From: Candidatus Bruticola sp.
Lineage (GTDB): Bacteria; Vulcanimicrobiota; Xenobia; Xenobiales; Xenobiaceae
NCBI GenBank assembly: GCA_051874735.1
Contig: JBJEGD010000022.1
Location: forward strand, 52,216 to 116,215
Direction of reading: 5' to 3'
DNA: 64,000 nt
Every line of letters starts with the position of its first letter. Position 1 is the first letter of the stretch. Under the pieces are notes generated by a model. The model was not told the origin of the DNA. It worked only from the letters and a program-made list of their open reading frames with translations, and did not search any database. Shown here one piece after another: positions 39,248 through 49,960 of the stretch. The position numbers and the translations under genes are program-made.

Positions 39248-40234
39248 CTATTTTGCAGTAACAACAGAGGGCAAGTCATTTTTATCTGAAGAGAATTTGG
39301 AACTAACAGTGCGGACAGGAATTTGTCCTAAAACAGCAGCAGTCCCCAAACTAGAAAGTGAACTACAGCCTCTGCGGGGAACAATCATACTGAGACCGCG
39401 TTTTTGCCCTTCCTGAGCTACACAATTCATACTTTTTTCCGCAATAGCCTCCATTTCTTTAATTTGGCGATACAAATATTCCAACTTTTGCCAAGACTTC
39501 GCTATTTTTTGCAACTGCTGAGAAGCAGAAGTAGCTAATTTTAAGCCAGAATTAAGCAAACTTTGGGCTCCTAAGCTTAGTTTTTTACCCTCTTGTTGCA
39601 TAGCCATCCCTTGCTGCTTTAAAGCTTTGCCTTTACTTATCATAGCTAAGCCTGCAGCTTTAGAAAAAGGGCAAGCAGCCAAAGCTCGTCCCGCCGCCTC
39701 TAAAGCTGCTCCAGAAGCATAAAGAGCAACTCCGGAAGTTATTTGAGCTAAAGCACACTGTCTCATCTGGGTAGCACTCTGTTTTAGTTTAAGGCTCAGA
39801 GCATTTAATTGTGAGGCAGCACTTTGGCTTTGAGTTAAAGCGGTCGACTGCAGAAGATACTTTTGTTCCTCAGTCTGAGCTTGACGAGAGATTTGCAAAT
39901 TGCGCCTATACTCGGACTGCAGCTGCTCATTAGAGAGAGATTCCGCTTCATTAGCTTCTAAGCCACTGAGCCTCAGCCAGGAAACTGCACCATTATAGGA
40001 GTTAGTTTCCAACTGTCCCGAATTTATCGAAGACGCGTCCACACCACTATTAGTAGATTCTGCCGTTAAAATTTTCACTCTACTATCAGAAGCGGAATAA
40101 AGGTCGCCGCTATGGCCCAGTAAAGACTGCGTTTTTAGATAGTCGGCATTAGAATAAGGTGCTGAAAAGGCGGCTAAATTACTACGGCAACAAGTGAAAC
40201 TACCATCGCATGAACCTAATATAGTATTGTTCAC
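39248..40234 (-). CDS. Hypothetical A/Q/L/S-rich coiled-coil protein
   Basis: Long low-complexity helical/coiled-coil region. First gene of the minus-strand operon, after a long AT-rich promoter region at 40235-40472. Confidence 0.45.
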   Translation of the reverse strand: MNNTILGSCDGSFTCCRSNLAAFSAPYSNADYLKTQSLLGHSGDLYSASDSRVKILTAESTNSGVDASSINSGQLETNSYNGAVSWLRLSGLEANEAESLSNEQLQSEYRRNLQISRQAQTEEQKYLLQSTALTQSQSAASQLNALSLKLKQSATQMRQCALAQITSGVALYASGAALEAAGRALAACPFSKAAGLAMISKGKALKQQGMAMQQEGKKLSLGAQSLLNSGLKLATSASQQLQKIAKSWQKLEYLYRQIKEMEAIAEKSMNCVAQEGQKRGLSMIVPRRGCSSLSSLGTAAVLGQIPVRTVSSKFSSDKNDLPSVVTAK

Positions 40235-40472
40235 AAAAAATTTCCCCCCTTAATATTTTTATAGGCTGTAGTAAACAGCTCCCTGCACATTTTAACATAA
40301 ACCAACAAAATAAGCCAAAATAATATCTTAAACTTAGAAGTTTACCTTTACTTAAAAATAATATCGAATTATATAATAGAATTTTAACGTTCTAAAATTA
40401 ATAAAAAAAGTCCCAGGCACAACTTAAATATAAGCGGTCGGGACTCCAAAGCTCAATTACTCCATATTAAAA

Positions 40473-42161
40473 CTAATACTGATAAATACTACCACCTAAA
40501 AATTCGCGCAATACAGAATTTTTAGGTACCCACTCCGAATCCATGGGCACAACTTTTGTTAAGAAGCGCAGCATATCTCTAGCCATAGTATAAGCAGGGC
40601 TGTCTTCGGGGACTTCCAACAAATATGGCCAAGCATAATGGCGGAACACAGCTAATTCATAAGCTAAAGCTGAATTGAACATGGCGTCTGAACGACTTTG
40701 ATAAGGGAAAATATATTTATTTTCTCCTCGGCGAACACTAGGCCAACGCATAATTGTACTTACGGCTGAGATACCTCGATAGCGCCGGTCTCTAATAATG
40801 CGACGCAGCAATCGGGCATAAGTAGTAGGCACCCTGTTGGCCTTATCCATGTTTAACTGTGGCAAAGCACTGACAAAAAGCGCATAGCGGTTCTCTTTAG
40901 CAACAGCATCTGTAATAGCAGGGTTTAAGCCGTGAATCCCCTCAATCAGCAAAATTTGCTCATCAGCCAAGCAAACAGCTTTCTCATTTTCAGCTGGGCC
41001 AGGACGCTGGCTAACAAAATCGTAGTGAGGGATTTTAGTGGATTTGCCTTCAACTAACGACTGCAGATCGCTCTGAATGCGCTTTAAATTAAGCGCTTCT
41101 ATGGCCTCGAAATCATAATCTCCTTTTTCATCGCGCGGACACAACTCACAAGGGAGATAATAATCGTCAAGACCGACATAAACTGTGCGCCTGCCCATAG
41201 CTTGTAAATGGGTAGAGAGCCGACGTACAGTACTAGTCTTTCCTGAACTAGAAGGGCCGGAAATAAAGACAACTTTAACCTTAGGGCGAGAAATAATATC
41301 GCGAACGATTTGACCAATGCGCAACTCGTGTAAAGTTTCGCTTACCTGAACTAAATTCTGTCCCTCACCATTTAGGATCATCTTGTTCAGTTTGCCCACA
41401 GTATCGATGTTCATGCGTTTATTCCACTCTTTAGCCTGCATCGCGGCTCCCAACATAAACTCTTTAAGTTCCTTAGACGGAAGTTGCACAGGTTCTTGAG
41501 CTAAAAGCAAACCTTCTTCCATACCTACAACCTTTATAGAACGCAAGAAACCAGCATCAGGTACAAATGGACCGTAAGCTAAGTCGGTATAATTGCCGAT
41601 ATTAACGATACCAAAGCTGGGGCCGACCCAACAGTTAACGACATAACGACGATCGCCATCGGGATCATCAATCATGTTCAAAGCTGCCGAAGGAGCAACC
41701 GAACTAGTTTTAAAAGGCGTATTTTTAGCGCAGAGATAAGTAAATTTTTTGTTTACTTCTTCTCCGAAAGCCTCAATATCACTGACATTTTTTACATTGA
41801 AGAAAAGCTGACTATGCAAAGATTGCCCGATTTCCAGAACAGCTTCAGAATTAACCAACTTAGCCGCATAGACCAACAAATGAGCGGAGCTGCGCATAAT
41901 AATATGACGACCAAAATAATCATCTTGAGTCAGAGGAGTTACAGTGCAATTAGAAGTTATACGCGACTTTAAATCGACAATTTCCCCATCAACCTGAGCG
42001 CCCACGCAGCCGACTTCGCGCAAATGTTTCATACATAGCACAAACTTCAAGGCCTGCTCTGTACTGTCAATTCCAAGTAGATCACGACAAAGGACGTCAC
42101 AAACAAAAGTATCATTGGAAACTTCTTGAACGCCATGAGGCAACACAACTTTACATAACAT
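40473..42161 (-). CDS. TGS-like N-terminal domain fused to uridine kinase-family P-loop kinase
   Basis: Walker A VFISGPSSSGKTSTVRRL and a Udk/PRK-like core. ~290 aa N-terminal region with ThrRS/TGS-like beta-grasp start. Confidence 0.55.
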   Translation of the reverse strand: MLCKVVLPHGVQEVSNDTFVCDVLCRDLLGIDSTEQALKFVLCMKHLREVGCVGAQVDGEIVDLKSRITSNCTVTPLTQDDYFGRHIIMRSSAHLLVYAAKLVNSEAVLEIGQSLHSQLFFNVKNVSDIEAFGEEVNKKFTYLCAKNTPFKTSSVAPSAALNMIDDPDGDRRYVVNCWVGPSFGIVNIGNYTDLAYGPFVPDAGFLRSIKVVGMEEGLLLAQEPVQLPSKELKEFMLGAAMQAKEWNKRMNIDTVGKLNKMILNGEGQNLVQVSETLHELRIGQIVRDIISRPKVKVVFISGPSSSGKTSTVRRLSTHLQAMGRRTVYVGLDDYYLPCELCPRDEKGDYDFEAIEALNLKRIQSDLQSLVEGKSTKIPHYDFVSQRPGPAENEKAVCLADEQILLIEGIHGLNPAITDAVAKENRYALFVSALPQLNMDKANRVPTTYARLLRRIIRDRRYRGISAVSTIMRWPSVRRGENKYIFPYQSRSDAMFNSALAYELAVFRHYAWPYLLEVPEDSPAYTMARDMLRFLTKVVPMDSEWVPKNSVLREFLGGSIYQY

Positions 42162-42187
42162 GAAATATGTCTCTCCCCTGATCTCAA

Positions 42188-44080
42188 CTAACGTTTGGTA
42201 CTTCTGCGCCTACCTTTGCCTCCCCTATTGAAAGTTTCTTTTTTAAATCTGGACGAAGGATGCTTCTCATGGATGCCGCGTCGCTCAGATAATTTACTAA
42301 TACTACTTCGCCGAGCTTCCTGATCTTGACGTTCCTTTTTCTTTGACCGCCGTACCTCACTACAGCGGCTGTGGCCTTTGCTACTAACAGATTTTTTATG
42401 TTTTCCAAATTTTAATTCCTGAGGCGGCAGCAGAGCCTTTAATTTTTCTGGAGTAATCAGGCGAGCCCGTATACGCACGACTCCGAAATCAAAATTATTA
42501 AGTGCTTCTAAAACAGATGCAGCTTCAGAACTGGGTAATTCGATAAATGAAGTATGAGACCTTAACTCAATATCACCAACCTCTGCTTTAGATACAGCAG
42601 CAGCCTCCCCTAGCATGCGCAGCACAGCCGGTACGCTTATGCCATCGCTGCGTCCTAAATTTATTTGTATAAAGCTCATACCATCAGCAGCAGCGACGCT
42701 GGCTTTTTTAGCGGCTCTCTCAACTAAACTATTCTTTTCAGCTCGATTTGTTTTACTTCCTCGATCTAGCTCTTGCACTGACACGTTGTAACCAGCTTTA
42801 AAAATAGCTCTAGCTCTAGGCAGCATACTCAAAACGGCTGCTAAACTGTCAGCTGGGCTCAAGTAGCATAACAATTCTGCAGCCAGCAAACGGTAATTTT
42901 CATCCACCTCAGAACTGAGTTTTTCTGCAATTTCTTTGTGAAAATCACTTTTTATGCGGCGGCGCACTTCCTCAGCTTGGGGCAGCTTACCTAACTCTAA
43001 GTCAATATTGGCTTTGCCTGTCAAGCGCTTAAAGCGGTTGAATTCATGTCTGGCGGCAAAAGTAATAGCCGTTCCCCTTTTGCCTGCTCGGCCTGTGCGT
43101 CCAACGCGATGGATATATGTCTCGGTATTCTGAGGCGGAGCCATATTAATGACATGAGTTACTCCCTCTACATCGAGTCCTCGAGCAGCCACATCAGTAG
43201 CCACTAAATATTTAGCGGCGCCGCTGCGGAAACTGCTTAAAGTGCGCGTACGTTCAGCTTGAGCCATGTCGCCGTGCAACGATAGAACATTTAATCCCGA
43301 CTTGATCAAAGTCTGCGTCAGTTCGTCAGTTTCAATCTTAGTATGACAGAAAATAATAGCCAACTGAGGAGATTCCGCATGTAAAATATTACTTAAAGCC
43401 TTGGGACGATGTTCCTTAGCTACCAAATATACTTCATGTCTAATATCGTGAGCAGCCGTCAAGCCAATACTGATAGAGATACGACGACAGCCTTCATGTA
43501 GCGTTTTTTTAGCTAATTCTTCCATTTCACTGGGCATAGTTGCTGAAAAAAGCAAAGTCTGACGCTGAGAAGGTAAAGCAGCCAAAATTTTATCCAGTTC
43601 CTCAGCAAAACCCATGTCCAGAATTTCATCAGCTTCATCGAGGACTAAAGCACGACAATCAGACAAGTTTAAAGAACCGCGTTCCAAGTGATCGATTAAA
43701 CGCCCAGGAGTACCAACAATCACAGGGGCCCCCTGTTTAAGAGCTCGCATCTGTTCATGGTAGCTTCCCCCACCGTACAGTAAAGCGGCCTTACTGCCTA
43801 AGGAAGTAATCACCCTAGCTACCTGCATAGCCAACTCGCGCGTAGGCAGCACAACGAGTATGGAGGAAGGACGCGCATTCTTCGGATCGTTGAGCAAAGG
43901 GAGAGCAAAAGCTAAAGTTTTTCCAGTACCTGTGCAGGATTGCACTAGAAGATCGGCTCCTGACAAAATATCATCCCAACAGGCCTGTTGCACTTCTGTC
44001 GGATTAACAAAACCAGATTGCTGCAAACTTTCCTGCAAAGTACTGTTAAGCGACCACTTAGTGAAGGGAGTTAATTCCAT
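42188..44080 (-). CDS. DEAD-box ATP-dependent RNA helicase (DeaD/CsdA-like) with C-terminal DbpA-type domain and basic tail
   Basis: Motifs TGTGKTLAF (I), PTRELA, DEADEILDMGF (II), SAT (III), HRVGRTGRAG (VI). Start taken at internal M24 (MELTPF). R/K-rich C-terminus. Confidence 0.85.
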   Translation of the reverse strand: MELTPFTKWSLNSTLQESLQQSGFVNPTEVQQACWDDILSGADLLVQSCTGTGKTLAFALPLLNDPKNARPSSILVVLPTRELAMQVARVITSLGSKAALLYGGGSYHEQMRALKQGAPVIVGTPGRLIDHLERGSLNLSDCRALVLDEADEILDMGFAEELDKILAALPSQRQTLLFSATMPSEMEELAKKTLHEGCRRISISIGLTAAHDIRHEVYLVAKEHRPKALSNILHAESPQLAIIFCHTKIETDELTQTLIKSGLNVLSLHGDMAQAERTRTLSSFRSGAAKYLVATDVAARGLDVEGVTHVINMAPPQNTETYIHRVGRTGRAGKRGTAITFAARHEFNRFKRLTGKANIDLELGKLPQAEEVRRRIKSDFHKEIAEKLSSEVDENYRLLAAELLCYLSPADSLAAVLSMLPRARAIFKAGYNVSVQELDRGSKTNRAEKNSLVERAAKKASVAAADGMSFIQINLGRSDGISVPAVLRMLGEAAAVSKAEVGDIELRSHTSFIELPSSEAASVLEALNNFDFGVVRIRARLITPEKLKALLPPQELKFGKHKKSVSSKGHSRCSEVRRSKKKERQDQEARRSSISKLSERRGIHEKHPSSRFKKETFNRGGKGRRRSTKR

Positions 44081-44201
44081 GTTATACCTTTCAAAATGAT
44101 TTATATAAAAGAATAAGCGCCTCGAGAACGGCTTAAGTTTTCTTCCCAAGACGCTTTTGCTGTAAAATAGATGCGCAATTTAAATTACATGAGCAGCAAA
44201 C

Positions 44202-45083
44202 TTATTTTTTTTCAATATGTGCCGCCGACGCATCCTTTTTTTCTATATTAGTAATATTTGAAGTAGTCTTTTTATCGGCCTGCTCAGCTCCAGTATTTTC
44301 AGCCCCACCGATAAAGAGGCCTTTATCAGAGTCGTACTTTATGGATCCTAAACCATGCCGACGCGGTTCAGGACATTCGATGGTATATCCACCACGTCTG
44401 AAAGTATAAATATAAGGTTTAGACGATGCAGGACAGCGCAGTTCGCGAAACATGTACTGAGGACGCAAAGACTCAAGTTTAGCTGGAAAAGCTTTATTAT
44501 GATCTTTAGCATAAATTTCACAAGCTGTAGCCAATTCATTGATGCTTCTAGTACAATCTGAAAGAAGACGCTCTATGCGCTTGCCTTCAGCAGCTAGCAT
44601 CAACCAGCCCCAATCTATAGTCTCTAAAGCAGGCCAATCAGCTCCGTACTTGTCAGGCTCTGGTACAGATAAGGTATAATGATGGCGATCTTTACTGACT
44701 TGATAAACAAAGGGTTTACCGGAAACAGGATCGTCACCGATGATGACCTTGGGAGCGTCAGTTGGCAGACCTGTATTAAAACTGCGCTCCAAAGCCTTCA
44801 AACTGACCGGATAGAGACCACTTTCCATAAAGTAATACTCGATAAGCACTTGCAAACGAGCGTAAGCTCGTAAACCTTTAGCTTTAGGACTAAGCTTAAC
44901 TGATAGATCTGAAGCCGTCTTAGAACTATCTTGCTTAACTGAAGAAGCTAAACTAGCCGCCTGAGAGGTAGAGGACGATGGAGCTTTAACGTTATTGCCA
45001 TTAGCTTTATTTTCGGATGCTATACCCCAACTAAAGCACAAAATGCACCCCAACAGGCTTAAAAACGCTATCTTAAGCCCCAT
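44202..45083 (-). CDS. Hypothetical secreted protein (signal peptide, possible lipoprotein)
   Basis: Internal start MGLKIAFLSLLGCILCFSWGIASE gives a signal peptide (LLGC possible lipobox). No recognisable domain. Confidence 0.4.
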   Translation of the reverse strand: MGLKIAFLSLLGCILCFSWGIASENKANGNNVKAPSSSTSQAASLASSVKQDSSKTASDLSVKLSPKAKGLRAYARLQVLIEYYFMESGLYPVSLKALERSFNTGLPTDAPKVIIGDDPVSGKPFVYQVSKDRHHYTLSVPEPDKYGADWPALETIDWGWLMLAAEGKRIERLLSDCTRSINELATACEIYAKDHNKAFPAKLESLRPQYMFRELRCPASSKPYIYTFRRGGYTIECPEPRRHGLGSIKYDSDKGLFIGGAENTGAEQADKKTTSNITNIEKKDASAAHIEKK

Positions 45084-45176
45084 GCCTAAGTTATGTAGAC
45101 AAATTGTTATAAATTTATACATACACACTACTGTCCTATACCTCTGATAAGTCAAAGCAGACCATTGTGTCCAAGC

Positions 45177-46943
45177 CTATCCATTAGTGTCCCAATAATC
45201 CTCCAGATACTTGCGCGGTCCTGGCTGACGTAACTTGCGCAGAGCTTTAGCTTCAATCTGTCTTATACGCTCACGAGTGACTTTAAATATGGCTCCAACC
45301 TCTTCTAAAGTTCTTGTGTGACCATCCCGCAGACCGAAACGCAGTTCCAAAACTTCCCGCTCACGAGTAGAAAGATCGTGAAGCACCGATTTGATGCGTT
45401 CTCTAAGCCACACTCTAGACGCAGCATCGGCAGGAGCTACAGCTCCTTCGTCTTCAAGGAAATCTCCTAAGTGAGAGTCTTCCTCCTCTCCGATAGGAGT
45501 TTCTAAGGATATGGGCTCTTGAGCAATCTTTTGGATATCTCTAACTTTAGCCTCAGCACTCTGCTTCCTTTCAGCAGCTTTTTCCTTATAACGCTTATCA
45601 TCGGGAGTGATTTCAGTTTTATAAAGTTCACTTAACTCTTTGCACAAAGCATCTTCGTCGATGGGATACATGCGCATAGCTATTTCCTCTACCGTTGGAT
45701 CACGCCCATTTTCCTGCAGCAGCAGCCTAGTAACTCTAGTCAATCGGTTAATAGTTTCAACCATATGGACGGGAATTCTGATAGTGCGCGCCTGATCTGC
45801 CAAAGCGCGAGTAATTGCTTGGCGTATCCACCAAGTGGCATAAGTGCTGAACTTATACCCTTTGTGATAGTTAAATTTTTCTACCGCACGAATCAAGCCT
45901 AAGTTGCCTTCTTGAATTAAATCTAAAAACAACATGCCCCGGCTGATATATTTTTTGGCGATACTGACTACTAAGCGCAGGTTAGCTTGAGTAAGATCGT
46001 TTTTGGCCTCACTGCCTTTCCGAACTAAGCGATCCAATTCTTCGAAACGTTTCAAACGCTCAGCCGCTCCTGCGACCATATTGTAAGTCTGTCTCTGCAA
46101 GTCGGAGTGATACTCACACTTTGCCTGCTCAAAACAGCCCCCTACTAATTCTTTCTGACGCTCAATTAACTCCCGGAACTTAATTCTCCAAACATTAGAA
46201 TCGCAAGTCCTGAGCCGTTTAACAACTTCACTAAGTGTACAGTGAGAAGAAGCAGTATCATCATTTGTATAATCATCTTTGACTATATCAGCTTTGATAT
46301 CAGAATCTGTTTCCTCCAAATTCAAAGAGAAGCCAGGGATATCGCGTGAATCAGCAACTTGGCTAAGAATATCTAAAACTAACTCTCGGAAGCCAGGCTC
46401 TAAAAGAAGCTCTTCTGCAGCTTCATTTCCCTTCTCAATGCTCTCAGCCAACCTACACTCTCTCTCAGAAGTCAGCAAAGCTACGTCGCCTATTTCTTTT
46501 AAATACTGGCGCACAGGATCGTCGACAGTAACGGCATCTGCTGAACTACTAGACTTTTTCTTAGCTTTAGCAGATTTAGAAACTGACTTGGAGGAGGATT
46601 TTATTTTGAGGAGCCCCTCTTTTTCCAGCTGTTTTTTAGCTTCCTCCAGTTTAAGCTCACGCTCAGCCTGACGAGCAGCCTCAGCTCTTCTCTTCTGAAC
46701 CAACTCAGGAGCAATAACTTCGGGGGGAGTATCAAAACTCGATGACGACGGCGACTCTTCTATTAAATCTAAATTTTCGCACTCATATGTTCCATAGTCC
46801 GCAGACAAATCTATGTTACCAAGTCCAAGGTCATCACTCGAGCTGAGATCGGCTCCAAGACAGCAGTCAGATATAGATGAACCTAGATCTAACTCTGAAA
46901 TATTCTTGGCAGACTCTTCTCCTCTAATATTTTTCATTTTCAA
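45177..46943 (-). CDS. rpoD: RNA polymerase primary sigma factor (sigma-70)
   Basis: Region 2 [40 protein letters not shown]. Regions 3 and 4 present. Acidic/lysine-rich N-terminal extension. Follows dnaG. Confidence 0.9.
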   Translation of the reverse strand: MKMKNIRGEESAKNISELDLGSSISDCCLGADLSSSDDLGLGNIDLSADYGTYECENLDLIEESPSSSSFDTPPEVIAPELVQKRRAEAARQAERELKLEEAKKQLEKEGLLKIKSSSKSVSKSAKAKKKSSSSADAVTVDDPVRQYLKEIGDVALLTSERECRLAESIEKGNEAAEELLLEPGFRELVLDILSQVADSRDIPGFSLNLEETDSDIKADIVKDDYTNDDTASSHCTLSEVVKRLRTCDSNVWRIKFRELIERQKELVGGCFEQAKCEYHSDLQRQTYNMVAGAAERLKRFEELDRLVRKGSEAKNDLTQANLRLVVSIAKKYISRGMLFLDLIQEGNLGLIRAVEKFNYHKGYKFSTYATWWIRQAITRALADQARTIRIPVHMVETINRLTRVTRLLLQENGRDPTVEEIAMRMYPIDEDALCKELSELYKTEITPDDKRYKEKAAERKQSAEAKVRDIQKIAQEPISLETPIGEEEDSHLGDFLEDEGAVAPADAASRVWLRERIKSVLHDLSTREREVLELRFGLRDGHTRTLEEVGAIFKVTRERIRQIEAKALRKLRQPGPRKYLEDYWDTNG

Positions 46944-47357
46944 CCTTTACCTTAATGCTGCTAAAAGAAACAAAAACTTACAAAAGGATGTCACTGGTAT
47001 AAGCAGCTTAAACACGCTGTATTCGGATGCGGCTCTCTCTTAAAATGAGAGCTAAATCATAGGCCCGAAGCTGCAATAAAAACTCGGCTGAAGCCGATTA
47101 ATTAACGGAAAAATCTAAAGACTCAGGCTATGCAAAAAAAACTGCAAAGCCCCTTTACATCCCGCTTATAAACGTATATATAAGAATTAAAGACCGCCTG
47201 TTTAAAGAGCAGTCGGCCCTTATGCTGCCTGAGCAGACAGCTGTCTGAGTGTGGCTGGGCAGTTTTAGAGTTTTCCTCAACACAATAGACAGCTTTAAGC
47301 AATACGCAAAAAAAATGTTTTTTCCTCCTTATACATGAGAGTATACCGCCAAGCAGA

Positions 47358-49100
47358 CTACAGAATTTCAGTTCTCAGTTTCTTTTGTAAGTCAATATAT
47401 TCTATATACAGCGGATCACTATTAGACAGCGTTCCTGCTTCTAACCTGGCTAATACTTGACATTTTAAACTTTCCAGACGTCGCTTTAGATAGTTATTTC
47501 TTATGTCAGTAGCCAACTTAAGCACATCCTCAGCGTTGCTACTTAAGCGATCGTAAGCCATCAGTTCGCTAATTTTTTCCGCTTCAGCCGGACTGGATTC
47601 CTTGTCGAGCAATTCAGTAATAGTAACAGGATGGGTACGCTCCTTCATATTCCACAACTTAACAAACAATAAACGCAACTCATAATTATCTATATATTCC
47701 GGATTTATCAGAGTTTTCGCTTCCTTAATCCACTCCGGATGTGAAGTGCACAGACTGAATAATTTCTCTGCAGAAGTCAAAACACGATCCTTAGCTTTAT
47801 AGCTGGAAGTATTAGCCACGCCACGTCGACTGCGATTGAGATAAATTAGCAGCTTGTTTTCCGAAAATCCGCTGTAATAGGCTAATTCACTAACATAAGC
47901 GTTACGCCTAACCGGATCCTGAATGCGCATAATAAAGGGCAACACATTTTTCACCAAATCTTCTTTGCCCTCTGGTGTAGTTGTATCTAGCGTTTTCAAC
48001 AGCTGATCTATCTTAAACTTAACTATCCCCACCTTTTTGTTTAATATATCATCGACCGCCTGCCTCCCCTTAGCAGCCATAGAATCAGGGTCTTCCCCTT
48101 CCGGCCAAACTACAGCCATAACTTGCAGGCCGGCTTCTTCTAAAACGGCACTGCCGTTAATAATGGCCTTAACTCCTGCCTTATCTCCATCATAGGCCAA
48201 AATAACCTGTTTGGTGTAGCGCTTCAGCAACTTGGCCTGCTCTGCTGTGAAAGCTGTGCCCAGAGAAGCTACGCAACACTCTATACCAATCTGATGCATA
48301 GCAATAACATCTAGGTATCCTTCTGTAAGTATAGCCAGGTTTTCTCTAGTGATAGCTCCCCTAGCCAGATTTAATCCATATAGATGGAAACGCTTAGAGT
48401 ACAATTCCGTTTCAGGAGAATTAATATATTTTGGCAACCCTTCCCCTAAAATGCGACCTCCCATAGCCACGATACGCCCCTGAAAATCGGCAATCGGAAA
48501 AATTAAACGACCATTCAGTAGTTCACGGATACCGCGCTCTTTTTTTATGAAAACACCACTGCGCAGCAAATCATCTTCAGAAAAACCGGCCTGATGCACC
48601 ACTTGCAGAAGACGTATGGAATTAGTCGGGGCGAATCCTAAACGAAATTTTTGAGCTATTTTTTTGGATATACGCCTCTTTTTCAGATAATCACGTCCAG
48701 CCTGTCCTTCTTTACTTTCAAAAAGTATGCGACTGTAATAATTGGTAATCCGCTCTAAAAGCTGTAAACTTCGCTGGCGAGAAGTGACAGCTTCATTTTC
48801 GTCAGACTTAAATTTAATTTCCACTCCAGCCTCAGCAGCCAACTTTCTAACGGCTTCTGGAAATCCCATGCCTTCTATTTTCATAAGAAATTGAAAAACA
48901 TTACCACCCTGACGGCAGCCGAAGCAGTACCAAAAGCCGCGCTCAGGATCGACACTAAACGAGGGAGTCTTTTCATTGTGGAACGGACATAAGCCTAAGT
49001 ATTTGCTGCCAGATCTTTTAAGTTGCATATATCTGCCGATAACGGACGATATATCGATGCGACTACCTATTTCATTAATGATTTCTTCAGGAATTTTCAT
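47358..49100 (-). CDS. dnaG: DNA primase
   Basis: Zinc ribbon CPFHNEKTPSFSVDPERGFWYCFGCRQGG. TOPRIM domain (EGYLDV...DGDKAG). Confidence 0.9.
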   Translation of the reverse strand: MKIPEEIINEIGSRIDISSVIGRYMQLKRSGSKYLGLCPFHNEKTPSFSVDPERGFWYCFGCRQGGNVFQFLMKIEGMGFPEAVRKLAAEAGVEIKFKSDENEAVTSRQRSLQLLERITNYYSRILFESKEGQAGRDYLKKRRISKKIAQKFRLGFAPTNSIRLLQVVHQAGFSEDDLLRSGVFIKKERGIRELLNGRLIFPIADFQGRIVAMGGRILGEGLPKYINSPETELYSKRFHLYGLNLARGAITRENLAILTEGYLDVIAMHQIGIECCVASLGTAFTAEQAKLLKRYTKQVILAYDGDKAGVKAIINGSAVLEEAGLQVMAVVWPEGEDPDSMAAKGRQAVDDILNKKVGIVKFKIDQLLKTLDTTTPEGKEDLVKNVLPFIMRIQDPVRRNAYVSELAYYSGFSENKLLIYLNRSRRGVANTSSYKAKDRVLTSAEKLFSLCTSHPEWIKEAKTLINPEYIDNYELRLLFVKLWNMKERTHPVTITELLDKESSPAEAEKISELMAYDRLSSNAEDVLKLATDIRNNYLKRRLESLKCQVLARLEAGTLSNSDPLYIEYIDLQKKLRTEIL

Positions 49101-49208
49101 ATTTTTAGCTTAAATACAACAGATATACCAAAATAATACTAAATTGTGAGAGTTTTTTTGATATAAAACAGACAGGAACTAAAGTCCTGTTTAGATAAGT
49201 TTCCCCGC

Positions 49209-49793
49209 GTGAGCGAAGAAGATAACATTAAAGAAGGAAGTAATCTCTCTAGCGACTCCTCCACAAAAGAAGCCGCTACTACCGAAAAGCAAACTACGGA
49301 AGAAAAGAAAACTGATGTCCTCGACAAAAGGATTGTTTATGAATCTTCCATGAGAAACTTTTATATAGCCTCTCTGCTGCTTTTATTGCTATCAGGCGCA
49401 CTGATAAAAACGGGAATATCTATGATGAGCGGTCGAGGCGGCAGTCTCGACGCCGAAGTTATCATAATGGGTTCCCTGCCTATTCTGCTGGCAATATTTT
49501 GTTTTGTTGTAATTATTATGGCCCATTCAAGCTTTCGCGGCAGAACTATAATTCTTACCCCTACTCACCTAATTTATGACGACGGCCGCAAAAGGATCAT
49601 TAATATGGCCTGGAAAAATTTTCAAACAGCCACAGAGATAAAACCAACAAAAAGTATATTAGACCACACTACCATAAGCGATGGGCAGAATAGTTTTGTA
49701 ATAGAACGCTTTTTCTTCCCCAACTACGATAAACTCTGCACAGACATAAAAACGGTGCGACGCCTAGCCAAAAAACAGGACATTTTCCTATAA
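49209..49793 (+). CDS. Hypothetical membrane protein (acidic N-terminus, 2 TM)
   Basis: GTG start. Hydrophobic hairpin LLLLLLSGALI / LPILLAIFCFVVIIM. No assignable family. Confidence 0.35.
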   Translation: MSEEDNIKEGSNLSSDSSTKEAATTEKQTTEEKKTDVLDKRIVYESSMRNFYIASLLLLLLSGALIKTGISMMSGRGGSLDAEVIIMGSLPILLAIFCFVVIIMAHSSFRGRTIILTPTHLIYDDGRKRIINMAWKNFQTATEIKPTKSILDHTTISDGQNSFVIERFFFPNYDKLCTDIKTVRRLAKKQDIFL

Positions 49794-49920
49794 ATATTTT
49801 GGAATGAAGAATCACACTGTGAATAACACTGCTTAAGCGAAAAGAAATTCTCGCTTAACAGGGGACAAACATTCAGCAGAGCCTACGTTAACTTAAAAAT
49901 AAACAAACAGCATAAAAAAA

Positions 49921-49947
49921 GCTCCCTTGAAGGAAGGGAGCTTTTTT
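49921..49947. terminator. Bidirectional rho-independent terminator
   Basis: gctccctt-gaagg-aagggagc, 8-bp perfect stem, flanked by A7 upstream and T6 downstream. Confidence 0.65.
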
Positions 49948-49960
49948 ATGCTAACCTTTT

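Noticed and set aside
42184-42408. 74-aa same-strand ORF overlapping the DEAD-box helicase 3' end
   Set aside because: Alternative frame of the helicase's Arg/Lys-rich tail. Helicase frame is continuous and supported by motifs.
49101-49208. Expected rpsU (ribosomal protein S21) upstream of dnaG
   Set aside because: Only ~100 bp separate dnaG from a divergently oriented gene. No S21-like small ORF present, so rpsU is not in this window.
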